From Nitrospirota bacterium (lineage in GTDB: Bacteria; Nitrospirota; UBA9217): a stretch of 64,000 nt of DNA. A model generated the notes under the pieces. The model saw nothing but the letters and a program-made list of their open reading frames with translations. It was not told where the DNA came from and did no database searches. The DNA is taken from the NCBI GenBank assembly GCA_963818475.1, contig CAWFSF010000005.1, positions 288,001-352,000 of the forward strand, read 5' to 3'. A program made the position numbers and the translations under genes. Below, piece after piece: positions 1 to 10,889 of the stretch; position 1 is the stretch's first letter; every line of letters starts with the position of its first letter.

Positions 1-708
1 ATATAAACTGACGGACTCGGAACTACCAACTGCTAAGGTATTATCATCAAACCATTCAGAATAGTAGCCTTCGCCAACTTTAATTAGATTGTCATTAGAA
101 TTTGTCATATTTTTCAAATAAACATTCCACGCTCCGGAGGCAAAAGAAATTCTTCGGCCATCTGGAGACCACTTGGGAGCTGAATATTGTTTAGGACTGT
201 CTACTGTCAGGTCCTCTTTTCGAAGTGACTTAAGATCAATGAGCCAAAGATGCCTAACCGTTTCTTTGTAAGCTTTGTTAAATGAAGAGGTATGGAATTC
301 TTTAAGAGAATTGCTTATAAAAACAACTTTGTCGTTTGCAGGGGAAATACTCGGATTGCTCATGTCAGTTTCTAAATCAGTTAAATATTTTTCCCTCCAA
401 GTTGCGATGTCCAATTCGTACATCTTTTTGAAATTTCTCACGTAAACTATTTTTGTTAAATCATACGATACACAATAATTAGTTATATCCTTTTTAGCAG
501 TCAATTTCTCTTGGGCCCTTCTAGGCATATCCATAAGCCAGATGTCACCATTTTTCAGATAAAGTAATTTTTTCTGCAATGTTGTTTTAGACGTGCGTAC
601 ATTCTTCGAGCTTTGTATGCTCGCAGCGTAACAGATCGACATGGAACAAATTAAAGCAGTCATAACAGTAACCATTGGCATAAATGTCTTTCGAGTTAAC
701 ATTTTCAT
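1..708 (-). CDS. Secreted TolB-like/PD40 beta-propeller protein, 3' end runs off the window; candidate immunity protein
   Basis: Manually translated from ATG 708 (GGGAGA RBS): MKMLTRKTFMPMVTVMTALICSMSICYA (signal peptide)...NPSISPANDKVVF...YSAPKWSPDGRRISFAS (PD40 repeats). AT-rich; absent from the ORF track because it is open-ended. Confidence 0.8.
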   Translation of the reverse strand, partial: MKMLTRKTFMPMVTVMTALICSMSICYAASIQSSKNVRTSKTTLQKKLLYLKNGDIWLMDMPRRAQEKLTAKKDITNYCVSYDLTKIVYVRNFKKMYELDIATWREKYLTDLETDMSNPSISPANDKVVFISNSLKEFHTSSFNKAYKETVRHLWLIDLKSLRKEDLTVDSPKQYSAPKWSPDGRRISFASGAWNVYLKNMTNSNDNLIKVGEGYYSEWFDDNTLAVGSSESVSLY

Positions 709-727
709 TCTCCCATGAGATGTTGAA

Positions 728-3700
728 CTAAGGATTTCTTATAGTCCCATAACCAACGAATAGTTCACCTGCATAACAGCTTGTACATGGTTTATTTGCA
801 AGTGCTGAATTTAGTCTTTTTCCGGTAAGAGGCGAAATATTTACATTAGGATATTCTGTATTCAAGTATTTAATCCCAACGCCTGAATTACTCGCATCAA
901 TAAATACCACTGTTGCGTCGTCGGTGGTTGATGGCGCAATTACAATTCCCTCATGACTTAATGGATGATTCGGACCTGTGGTATCGTTGAAGAAAACGAT
1001 GTCGCCGACTAAAGGGGCACGATCACCTACACCACCATTTAAGTTTTGTGTAACTGCAATCAAATAATGATAATAGACACCATTACCATTATAAAGTAAG
1101 CCATATTGTTGCATCAGATTATTGCCGCAATTTGCCCACTCATCTAAGCATATACCTGCTGCCCAATATGCTTTCCGCACCAAACCAACACATTGGCCAA
1201 CCTGCTGATAGCCTTGCCCTAAGAGATCTGCGGCTGTCAAAACGATTGGCTCGCCTTCCTCAAGTGATGCGGCTGTAGCAATTGTATTCCTCGTTTGAGG
1301 ATCAATCCCGTCTTTCACCCATCCAAGTGGTTCTTTATGAAGCTGAACAATTTGCATCCCATCTTTTTTATTCGTACTATCACTACCCGCCAGTCCGCCG
1401 CTGATCATATAGGCACCGGCTCCGGTAAGGGTATCCTTGATAATATATCCCGCCCCGCTCCAGTCATTTATCTGCACGTTCGTCTGAGAGATAGTCACAT
1501 TTTTACCGGCGTTGACTGCATTCTGGACGTCTGTTTTGATATCCGAACTTACCTGTAATGTTGGAAGGATCTGGCTGATGTTTGCTGCATTGATGTGCTG
1601 AATCGGAATCCCACTCGTTGCCGCTGTCTGCAACGCTTTGACAGCCGAGACAGATAAGAATGCATCGATCTTCTCATAGATGTCATGCTCGTAGTACGAG
1701 CCTACCAGCCCATGCACATCCATGTATGCCAGCTCTTTATTCGCGTCCCCATCTCGCGCTGATACGATTATTCCGGTCATCGCAACGTCCATGTTTATAC
1801 CGGACGGCATAGCTGATTTCGGCAAGCCAAATACGCTTGAAACTGTAAGGGTGAATGATGTAATTCCCTCGGAAATAGTTCTAGCGATTACCGTGTTGAA
1901 GAGCTTGGCGCCGGACTTCTGGACCTTATCGTTCGCAAGAAAATAGGTCGTGGCAAGGATAAACAGATGCTCTCCAATCAAATCGTCTGTTCCGAGCGTA
2001 CCGGCTGTTTGCGATAAGACGTTAGTATTCAACTGGTATCTTCGCTTTCCGAGCACATTCTCATTGATCCCCTGAAGGTCCAGCCCAATGGCATAGTACG
2101 CTCCAGCGAGCAGTTTTTTGTCTCTGGTTTCGGTATTTCCGTTCGGCTGCGTAAACCGCATGGTCAAGCTCTGATCCGCTCCAAGAGTTGTGGCTTCTCC
2201 GGTTAGCTCGATGACACCCTCTACACGGAGTACTGGTTTGAGATTCAACATATACGCTGGCACATCATAGATAAAACCTCCATAATTCGCTATCAAGGTT
2301 TCGTCAGTAGACGTCGCAGGTATGTATGAAACAGTGATCCGCTTTCCTGCTAGTTCCGGGGTGGAAGCGCTATATGAGACATTTGAGCCTGTTGCAGGAT
2401 TCGTGAGGGTGAATGCAACTGTTGCCGCCATTTTGGCAGTGATGCTGGCAAATTTCGCCCCTTGAACAACTGTTATATAGGGCAAAGTAGATGGCAAAAA
2501 ATGATATGTCTCTTGCGTTATCTCACGATAGCCTTTCACATCCACGATTGAAGTGTCAGGCATGTTAGCGTCAAGATAGTTTTGAATTTGACTTTGATAA
2601 TAATGCACAGCGTTCTGGTTCTGGACTTGACTGAGATATGCGTCCTGGCTGAACGGCACGGCTGCAGTGATATCAAAACCGTTTGTGTAAGTGTATTGTT
2701 TGAAGCTGCCGTCCATGGGTATCCAGGTTTTGAGGCTATCATCCATCATGGTGCCTCGGTAGTTGCCGTAAGGAATGTAGGTTTCCACCCAAAAATGCTC
2801 CAATCGAAGTGATTTTATCATGCCGCCTGAAATGATCACACTAACCGGCACATTTCCGCTTGCGATAAAGTTAGCCGCAGCCCTGGCATCCGTGAAACCA
2901 CCTACCCAATTCATCGCTTTATCAATCGGCACCTCAATCGTTCCATAAGCATACTTTGCGGGTAAGTTTGATGTTCTGAGTAAGGCAATCAACAGCGATG
3001 CAGTGTCGATATCATTACACTGTTTTGACTGGAGGCACATGTCCGCGCCCTGGATGCTGCCGTAGGTAGGGACAAATTCAATATTATTCTGCACCCATTC
3101 AAGTATTTTGGTAGGTTTGTTGTCAAGTTGGGCCGCGAGGTCTATGATATCCTGGGTGAACTGTACTTCGGGGGTCTCGGCGAGGTCGTCAGCTGTTGGC
3201 GCGTTTTGCGTCAGCGCGATGAGGAATGTTGATGAATCGGCGAAGGTGAATTGCGGAATTGCTCCCTCACCCCAGCCCTCTCCTCGGACGGGTAGAGGGA
3301 GACCAAGAGATATATCGCTGTCCGGCCCGTTGAATGCAAGCTGAACAGATTTACTGGCCAATGTGGAATGCGGAATGCGGGCTGCGGAATCTACAATCCG
3401 TGTGAATTCAGGCTCAAGCGTGGCCAAATTCTTTATCTTTTTTCCCTGTGGGAAGTCTCTCTCGAATTCCTCTTTTTTCAGTCTCGGTTCGCGCGCCTTG
3501 GTTGTCTTCCGCGCACTGAAAGGAAGATTATTCGGATCGAGCTTCTGATGCTTTGACGGTGCTTTGACCTTTGCAAGATGCAGCCTTACCTTTTCTACTT
3601 TGGCCCTGCGGTCTGATTTGGTCTTTGCCTGCTCCACACCGTCGAGGTTTGCCCTCAGCTCTTTCAGATTATCTTCATAGTGCTTTACGAATTTATAATG

Positions 3701-4087
3701 CCGATCGAGGATCTCTTTCGGAAGCTTTGCGTCTTTAAGCTTCTTCTCCGTGGCGCTGAATTCTTTTTTGAACTCGACATCCGCTGATTCGATGTCTGCC
3801 CTTTTCGCCTTGATGGCATCCCGTTCCCGCGTATCGTCCTCGCCCCTGTCTTCTTTATCCCTGACCTTGTCAACATTCTCCCGGATCCCGTCGAGGGCTT
3901 TTTCAAACCGTTCCTCGGGCCGTCCTTGCCCCTTGCTACTTGCTACTTGATCCTGACTGATTCCCGACTTGCGCGCCTCCCGCTCCGCCGCATACGCAAC
4001 CGCCTGCCATAACGGCAAAAAACTCCAGCAAAAAAAGAAAAGCGTAATGGCTGAGATGTTTCTTAAGACACGATGGAACGTCCGCAT
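728..4087 (-). CDS. Large secreted transglutaminase-like domain protein with C-terminal NlpC/P60 (CHAP-like) domain
   Basis: Signal peptide and coiled coil; TGase-like core (NIEFVPTYGSIQG...DTASLLIALLR...HFWVE...WIPMDGS); C-terminal QCVGLVRKAY...GDIVFF...HEGIV...FIDAS. GGAGGA RBS before ATG 4087. Confidence 0.85.
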   Translation of the reverse strand: MRTFHRVLRNISAITLFFFCWSFLPLWQAVAYAAEREARKSGISQDQVASSKGQGRPEERFEKALDGIRENVDKVRDKEDRGEDDTRERDAIKAKRADIESADVEFKKEFSATEKKLKDAKLPKEILDRHYKFVKHYEDNLKELRANLDGVEQAKTKSDRRAKVEKVRLHLAKVKAPSKHQKLDPNNLPFSARKTTKAREPRLKKEEFERDFPQGKKIKNLATLEPEFTRIVDSAARIPHSTLASKSVQLAFNGPDSDISLGLPLPVRGEGWGEGAIPQFTFADSSTFLIALTQNAPTADDLAETPEVQFTQDIIDLAAQLDNKPTKILEWVQNNIEFVPTYGSIQGADMCLQSKQCNDIDTASLLIALLRTSNLPAKYAYGTIEVPIDKAMNWVGGFTDARAAANFIASGNVPVSVIISGGMIKSLRLEHFWVETYIPYGNYRGTMMDDSLKTWIPMDGSFKQYTYTNGFDITAAVPFSQDAYLSQVQNQNAVHYYQSQIQNYLDANMPDTSIVDVKGYREITQETYHFLPSTLPYITVVQGAKFASITAKMAATVAFTLTNPATGSNVSYSASTPELAGKRITVSYIPATSTDETLIANYGGFIYDVPAYMLNLKPVLRVEGVIELTGEATTLGADQSLTMRFTQPNGNTETRDKKLLAGAYYAIGLDLQGINENVLGKRRYQLNTNVLSQTAGTLGTDDLIGEHLFILATTYFLANDKVQKSGAKLFNTVIARTISEGITSFTLTVSSVFGLPKSAMPSGINMDVAMTGIIVSARDGDANKELAYMDVHGLVGSYYEHDIYEKIDAFLSVSAVKALQTAATSGIPIQHINAANISQILPTLQVSSDIKTDVQNAVNAGKNVTISQTNVQINDWSGAGYIIKDTLTGAGAYMISGGLAGSDSTNKKDGMQIVQLHKEPLGWVKDGIDPQTRNTIATAASLEEGEPIVLTAADLLGQGYQQVGQCVGLVRKAYWAAGICLDEWANCGNNLMQQYGLLYNGNGVYYHYLIAVTQNLNGGVGDRAPLVGDIVFFNDTTGPNHPLSHEGIVIAPSTTDDATVVFIDASNSGVGIKYLNTEYPNVNISPLTGKRLNSALANKPCTSCYAGELFVGYGTIRNP

Positions 4088-4470
4088 GATTCCTCCACTG
4101 ATAGAGTGCTGCAAAAACACGATAGCGCAACTAAATGCTGAAAATGTGCGTCAGGGTAGCATAGTCTTTGTTACTTGTCACCTGTCAGAAGTGACAGGTG
4201 TGCTGAGCAGTGATAAGGAGGTTCTATGACAGGTGAGACGAAAAAGAAGTGCGCGTTACTTGTATCATGAAGGCGGGTTTAGTGTCAATCACGACGATGG
4301 GGTAATTTCAGACTAATGATAATCACAACTTTAGAAGGCAGTCATGGCATCAATGATCGATACAGGTGAGACACGTCGCGGTGTTTTCTGCCATAAAAAA
4401 ACCTGAGAATCTGTACGACTCTCAGGTTTGCGTTTTTTCTGATCCGCTCACGGCGGACCGGTCAGGTGCC

Positions 4471-4668
4471 TCAGCCGCCGCCCCAGGAATGGCCGCCGCC
4501 GATGCTGCAGCTTGAACCCGAACCGGCTGAAGAGAACTTGGATACGAGTTTTTTTGCCTTCTTCTGCTCGCAATAGGGGCAGACCGTATCTTCTTCCTTT
4601 GCGGTGATCGACTGGAGCAGCACGAAATCCTTGCCGCAGGCGCCGCACAGATATTCATAAAATGGCAT
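4471..4668 (-). CDS. FmdB-family zinc-ribbon protein (possible Sec read-through to 4462)
   Basis: MPFYEYLCGACG...CPYC motif; GGAGG RBS. Confidence 0.85.
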   Translation of the reverse strand: MPFYEYLCGACGKDFVLLQSITAKEEDTVCPYCEQKKAKKLVSKFSSAGSGSSCSIGGGHSWGGG

Positions 4669-4703
4669 ATTCAATCCTCCTTCTGACAAAACTGCACTGA
4701 AAA

Positions 4704-4928
4704 CTAGCATTTACAGCGCTCCCGTGCACCGAAAGCGTAGAGTATAATACTCATGGGACAGAACCCTGTCAAGGCAAAAATCATGAGCATAACGCCCACC
4801 AGGCCCGTAAAGATGAACCATCCCGGGTGTACAAAATACCCCAGGAGCACGCTCCCGAGCACGAAGATCCCGGCCAGCAGCCGGATGAACCGCTCCAGAT
4901 ACCACGTTTTTGTGTCTGCGATGAACAT
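4704..4928 (-). CDS. DUF2892/YgaP-like membrane protein
   Basis: ERFIRLLAG...GFCPMSIIL motif; AGGAGG RBS. Confidence 0.85.
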   Translation of the reverse strand: MFIADTKTWYLERFIRLLAGIFVLGSVLLGYFVHPGWFIFTGLVGVMLMIFALTGFCPMSIILYAFGARERCKC

Positions 4929-5038
4929 GTTGTCACCTCCTGTTGTATTTCGGATTTCGGATTTCGGATTGCGGATCAACTTCAATGCCACAGTTTTTAA
5001 TTCGAACCCTGCTACTCTGACCCCTGTACTCCTGTCTT

Positions 5039-5467
5039 TTAAAGGCATGCGAACGGCGCTTTCCTGTCCTTTGATGCGAATCGAGAATAGTTGGGGGACG
5101 TGAAGATGTCCATCATCATGTGCCTGCTTATCACTCCCACGTACTTTCCGTCCTTCACCACAGCGACTACGGAGCAGCAGCTTTTCAGAAGCAGCGAAAT
5201 GATATCCGGGGTCGGCGTTGTTGCCTCCGCGATGATCGGCGCGGGAACCATGATAGCCGAAGCCTGGATACAGTCCAGGTCCCGATCCTCTCTGATCACG
5301 TCCAGAATGGCATTTTCCGATACAACGCCCAGAAGCTTCCGGTCGGCGTCCACGACCGGCATTGCAGCCAGTCCCGACGATATGATCTTCATCGCCACTT
5401 CACGCGCCGTGGTATCCGGCGCGACGCTGATTTTTTCCCGCATAATATGCCACGCTGCTATTGTCAT
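5039..5467 (-). CDS. CBS-domain pair protein
   Basis: Two CBS repeats (MPVVD...LLGVVSE; VAVVKDGKYVGVISR). Confidence 0.85.
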   Translation of the reverse strand: MTIAAWHIMREKISVAPDTTAREVAMKIISSGLAAMPVVDADRKLLGVVSENAILDVIREDRDLDCIQASAIMVPAPIIAEATTPTPDIISLLLKSCCSVVAVVKDGKYVGVISRHMMMDIFTSPNYSRFASKDRKAPFACL

Positions 5468-5548
5468 GTTCTTTCCTCCTTGAATGCTGGGGTCAGGGTA
5501 TTCCCTGCTACTTGACCACTGGCTACTGTGCTCCTTGACCCTGCCTTG

Positions 5549-6290
5549 TTAAAATCTCTCCCACTGCTTCGTATCAGGATTAAAGGCCTCGCTGAAAGCC
5601 GTGACCTCCTGCTGCAGTCCCACGTCGTAGCCCTCGTTCAGCCCGACAGTTGACCAGCATTTTGATCGAGCGAAGCGAGCTCAAACTGTTTCCGGCGATG
5701 CGAAGAGCAAGTTTGTTCGCCTCTTCGTCGAGCGTCTCGGTCGGAACGACCTTGTTCACCAGCCCGATGCGGAGCGCCTCTTCGGCATCAACGGTCCGGC
5801 CGGTGAACAGCAGTTCCTTTGCCCTGCCGATGCCGACGGTCTTGGCGAGCCGCTGTGACGACCCGAAGATGGGCGGCACGCCGAACTGCGCTTCGGGGAA
5901 CGAAAAGACCGCGTCCGCAGCCGCGATCCTGATGTCCGCGGCAAGCGCAAGACCCAGGCCGGCGCCCGTGGTCTCGCCTTTGACCGCGGCGATCACCGGG
6001 ACATCCAGGTTCTCGATGTGTTTGAGCAGGTTGTAGCCCACTTCGGCAAAATGGCCCGCTTCGTCCTTGGTCATTTTGACGAAGCCTGCATAATCGATCC
6101 CTGCTGAGAAATTCCTGCCCCGGGAGGCGATCAGGACCACGCGAAGGTCTGCCTGGGCAGCGTACACTTCGCTTACGGTCTTGTTCAGCTTCGACAGGAC
6201 CTCCTTGTCCAGATAATTGACCGGCGGGTTATCGATCGTGACCGTGCTGATCCAGTCTTTGCATTCTATGGTGACGCATGTGTTTGACAT
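5549..6290 (-). CDS. Enoyl-CoA hydratase/isomerase (crotonase) family protein; probable indel near the C-terminus
   Basis: PPVN, FSAGID, PVIAAVKG...GAGLGLALAADIR, FPEAQFG motifs. An alternative frame continues GLNEGYDVGLQQEVTAFSEAF to TAA at 5549. Confidence 0.85.
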
Positions 6291-6411
6291 GACGTACCTC
6301 CAAGTGCTCATGGGTGAATCGGTAAAGGGGTGAGTCGGTAAATTGGTGAAGAAGAGGAAGGCTCTTTTCTCCCGATTCACCCATTCACCTATCAACCGCT
6401 TCACCGTCTTT

Positions 6412-9400
6412 CTAAGTCGCTTCCCAATGCTTCTTTTCCACCATGTAGTAGAACAGCGGCACCACCACCAGCGTCAGCGCCGTTGACGCCAGCATCCCGA
6501 AGATGAGCGCCAGGGCCAGGCCCGACCAGACCGGGTCGGTCACGATCACGGCGGAGCCGAGGATCGCGGCCGCGGCAGTGAGCACGATCGGCCTGAAACG
6601 GATGGCGCCTGCCTCGAGCAGCGCCTGCTCCAGCGGCAGGCCTTCCTGCTTCTTGTCCAGGATGAACTCAAGCAGCACGATCGAGTTCCTGACCACGATG
6701 CCCGCCAGGGCGATGACGCCGATCATGGACGTGGCGCTGAAGTAGACGTTCGTCATGGCAAAGCCCGGCATGATGCCGATCATCGAAAGCGGGATCGACG
6801 CCATGATGACCACGGGAATGGTGAACGACCGGAACCTGCCGACCAGCAGCAGATAGATCGCGATCAGGGCCACGCCCATGGCAGCGCCCAGGTCGCGGAA
6901 CACGTCAAGGGTCAGCTTCATCTCGCCGTCCCACTTGATCTTGTAACCGTCAGGCACAGGGTGCTTCCAGAGATAGCGCATCATATCGATCACGGCATAG
7001 ACCTGGCTTCGGTCTCCCATCTCGGCGTACACATAGGTCACGGGTTCAAGGTTCTTGTGATGGACGGCCTTGTCCATCTCTGCGGGCACGATCGTTACGA
7101 GCGACGAGAGCGGCACCTGGCTGCCCTGCGGGTTCGAAAGAAAGACCTTGTCCATGTCCGACAGGCCCGTGCGGTCGCTTTTCGACAGCCTGAGCATGAT
7201 CGCCACGGGGTCCTTTGCTGCCGGCTGGTGCAGGGTCGATACTGCCATGCCGGCTACGGATATCCGCAGGGTCTGGACGATCTGCTCCGTCGAGATGCCC
7301 ATGAGCGCAGCCTTTTCCTTGTTCACGATAAGCTGGTACTTCTCCTGCTTCTCCTTCACGCTGTCGTCGATGTCCACGACCTCGCTGGTCTTTGCAAAGA
7401 GCGTCCTGATGTCCGCGGCGATCTCGCGCTGCTTGTCGTAATCGGGCCCGTAGATCTCGGCCACCACCGTGGCGCGGACCGGAGGGCCCGGAGGGTCTTC
7501 AACCAGCTTGATGTTCGCGCCGTATTCCTGTCCCAGCTTTGTGACGGCGGGCCTGAGCTTCAGCACGAGCTTCTCGCTTGAGGTCGTGCGGTCTTCCTTG
7601 TCGATCAGGTTCACGCGGATATCGGCAAAGTGGCTTGCCTCGCGGAACGCGCCTCCCCGGAGCAGTCCGTTAAAGTCCATGACCGAACCGGTGCCCACAA
7701 AGGTCTCGTAGTCCCTGACCTCGGGAATGCGCTGGAGATGGTCGCCGACAGCACGCGCGACACGGTCCGTGTTCTCGATCACCGTGCCTGCCGGCATATC
7801 GATGGACACCAGGAAGGTGTTCTTGTTCGCCTTGGGCAGCATGCGGAACTTCACCAACTGGAACAGGGGAAAGGTCATGGCGACAACAAAAACCACCATG
7901 ATGATGCCCAGGAATATTTTTCGCTTTTTTGCGTTCACCAGCAGCGGCGCAAGCACCTTTTTGTACAGAAGATAGCTTCTCGTCTCTTCGAGCGGCTGCA
8001 TCTTTTCGCCATGATGATCGGCCTTCATCAGCCGGTAGCTCGCCCAGGGCGTCACCACGAAGGCCACCACGAGCGAGACGATCATCGCCACGGGCACGTT
8101 AAAAGGTATGGGCATCATGTAAGGCCCCATCATTCCCGTCACAAAGGCCATGGGGATGAAGGCGAGCACCACGGTCAGGGTCGCCAGGATCGTGGGCATG
8201 CCGATCTCGTTCACCGCCATGATCGCAGCCTGGAGCCGCGAGTGCTGCTGCAGCTTGTAGTGGCGGTGAATGTTCTCGACCACCACGATGGCGTCATCCA
8301 CCAGAAGCCCCAGAGACAGGATGAGCGCAAAGAGCGTGATCCGGTTGATGGTCTGGCCCGCCACCATGCCGATGGCAAGGGTAAGGAACAGGGTCAGCGG
8401 GATGGCAAGCGCCACAATGGCAGCCTCGCGCCATCCGAGGGTGAAGAACAACAGGACGATCACCACGATGATCGAGACCACCAGATGGAACACGAGCTCG
8501 TTCACGGCATCGTTGGCGGTCTTTGCCGTCATTCCTCGTGACCGTGACACTGATCCCCGCAGGGATACTGGTCTTCTTGAGCTCATCGAGCTTGGTCAGA
8601 ATTTCGCCCGAGATCTGAACGGCGTTCAGCTTCTGCCGTTTCGCTAAGGCCACGGTCACAGCAGGCCGTTCGGCCCCGTTGCCCCCGGCCGCGAGGCCCT
8701 CATGGGCATGCGCGCCAAAGGCGATGCGCGTCAGCTTCACCGTCTCTTCGAAGCCGTCTGAGACATCGGCCACGTCGTTCAGATAGACCGGCTTGTTGTT
8801 CGCCACGCCTACGACCGCGTTCTTCAGTTCGCTCGCACTGCTAAAGAACCCGCCGGTCTCGAGGGTCAGTTTTTTGCTCCCCTGCTCCAGGTCTCCCGAG
8901 AGCAGGTTCGCGTTCGACGCCGTGATGGCGCCGGCGATCTGGAGCACCGACAAGCCGTAGCCTGAAGCGCGCAGGGGATCGAGCGTCACGCGCACCTGAC
9001 GGCTCCGGCCGCCGATCACGACCGTGTTGCCCACTCCCGGCACCTTGCGCAGTTCATCGAGCGCATGATCGGCAACGAGCCGGAGCTGCGCGTCGTCATA
9101 GGTTGATCCGGGCGCGGCCGAGAACGTGATTGCCACGATCGGCACATCGTCCACATCAATCGGTTTCACCAGCGGCTGGGATGCTCCCGGAGGCGCGAAA
9201 TCCATGTTGGACATGAGCTTGTCGTAGAGCTTCACCAGCGACCGCTCCTTGTCCTGGCCCACGAAGAACTTCACCGTGACCATGGCCATGGAGTTCATCG
9301 AGACCGAGTACACGTCCTCGACGCCCGGGATCTCCCAGAGCTTTGCCTCGAGCTTTTTTGAAACCAGCTCCTCGACCTCTTTGGCGCTCGCGCCGGGCAG

Positions 9401-9567
9401 CATGACCATCACGTTCGCCGCAGGAACCACGTTATCTGCGGGTTCTCTTCGCGCGGCGTGAACCAGAGCGCGAACAGCCCCAGGATCGTCGTTGCCGCCA
9501 TGAGCAGCACGGTGAGCTGGGAATTGATGAAGTACTGCGTTATCTTGCCGCTGATGTTGAGTTTCAT
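6412..9567 (-). CDS. RND efflux permease, AcrB/CusA superfamily (split by at least 2 indels)
   Basis: Fragments 8294-9643 and 6412-8586: PREENPQI, GLLVDDAIVVVENI, RFRPIVLTAAA. Start MKLNISG at 9567. Confidence 0.9.
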
Positions 9568-9606
9568 TGTTCACACCTTTATATATACTAAAGCCGAAGC
9601 CAAATC

Positions 9607-9709
9607 TTTTGACACTGATCACGGCGGATTTACTTATGATCAAGGCGGATTAAGATCTTGACGTATCAGTGAAAATCATATTTTTATCCGACCTGATCCG
9701 TGTCAAAGA
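9607..9709. repeat. Member of the TTTGACAC(G/T)GAT...ATC(C/A)GTGTCAAA hairpin family
   Basis: Related copies at about 12984-13060, 26623-26705 and 51557-51649. Confidence 0.65.
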
Positions 9710-9739
9710 TTTTTTATATGAGACGTTTCATCCCGAAAT

Positions 9740-10833
9740 TTATTTCTGCGCACTGACGACTTTCCTGCCATCGAGCCGCGTTTCATGCCTGCTCACGATC
9801 ACCTGGTCGCCGGCCTTCAGACCGGTCACTGCCTCGACGCTGTCGCCGTTCACCTCGCCGAGCTGGACCATCTGAAAGACCGCGCTCCCCTCGGCTGATA
9901 CGATATACACACCTGAAATGCCCGACAGTTCCACGATCGCCGCTCTCGGGACCAGGATGGCCTCGCGCTTGCCGGTGCTGAACAGGGCCTTGCCGTACAT
10001 GCCGGTGATCAGGCTCTTGTCGGACGGGATATCTATCTTTACGATAAATGAATGGGTCCGGACATCCGACGCGGGAACGACCTGCGCCACCGTTGCCTTG
10101 ATATCCCTGCCGGGCAAGGCATCGATCTGCACGATCACGGGCTTGCCCGTCTGGATGTAGCGGAGGTCCTGCTCCCGCACCGTCACTTCGAGCCTCAGGT
10201 TCCGGTTATCCTCGATCTTGATGATCGGCTGGCCCGGCATCGCCATCTCTCCAAGATTGATATGCTTCTCGATGATCTGGCCGGAGATCGGGGCTTCGAT
10301 GATCGTGTAGCTTTCCATTGCCTTTGCACCCTTCAGGCCTGCGTTGGCTGAATCGAGTCCGAGCGTCGCCTGGTCCATTTCCATCTGGGTGGCGGCCTTC
10401 TCGTCAAAGAGCCGCTTGATCCGGTCATACTGAAGTTTGGCGTTATTGTAGGCAGCCTGCGCCTGAAAGACCTGGGCGCTGATCTCTCCGCTCTCGATCC
10501 TGAGCAGCAGTTTGCCCTGCGAAACGTGGTCGCCTTCTTTCGCGTTCAGCGCCACGACCTTGCCCATGATCTTGCTCGACAGCACCGAACTGTTCCTGGA
10601 GCTGAGCGTCCCTACGGCGGCCACCACCGCGTCGATGGTCTTCGGCGCGATCATCACGGACGATACCGGGATCGGCGCCTCGTCCTTCTTCGACGCTTCC
10701 GCATAGCTCGTGTCTTTCCCGAGCAGGCCGTACCCCACACCTAGAATCGGCCAGAGCCAGTATCAAGGAAGCTCCATAGAGCTTTATTCCTGTCGATCGA
10801 TCCGATCTTTTCTTTTATGGTCACGATATTCAT
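9740..10833 (-). CDS. RND efflux periplasmic adaptor (MFP); indel in the N-terminus
   Basis: Lipoyl-like SSKIMGKV...EGDHVSQG, IEAPISG, GMYG motifs. Confidence 0.9.
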
Positions 10834-10889
10834 AATGCTCTCCTCATTCCTAAATCCGACAATCCGCATTCCGCAATCCGCATTGCCGT

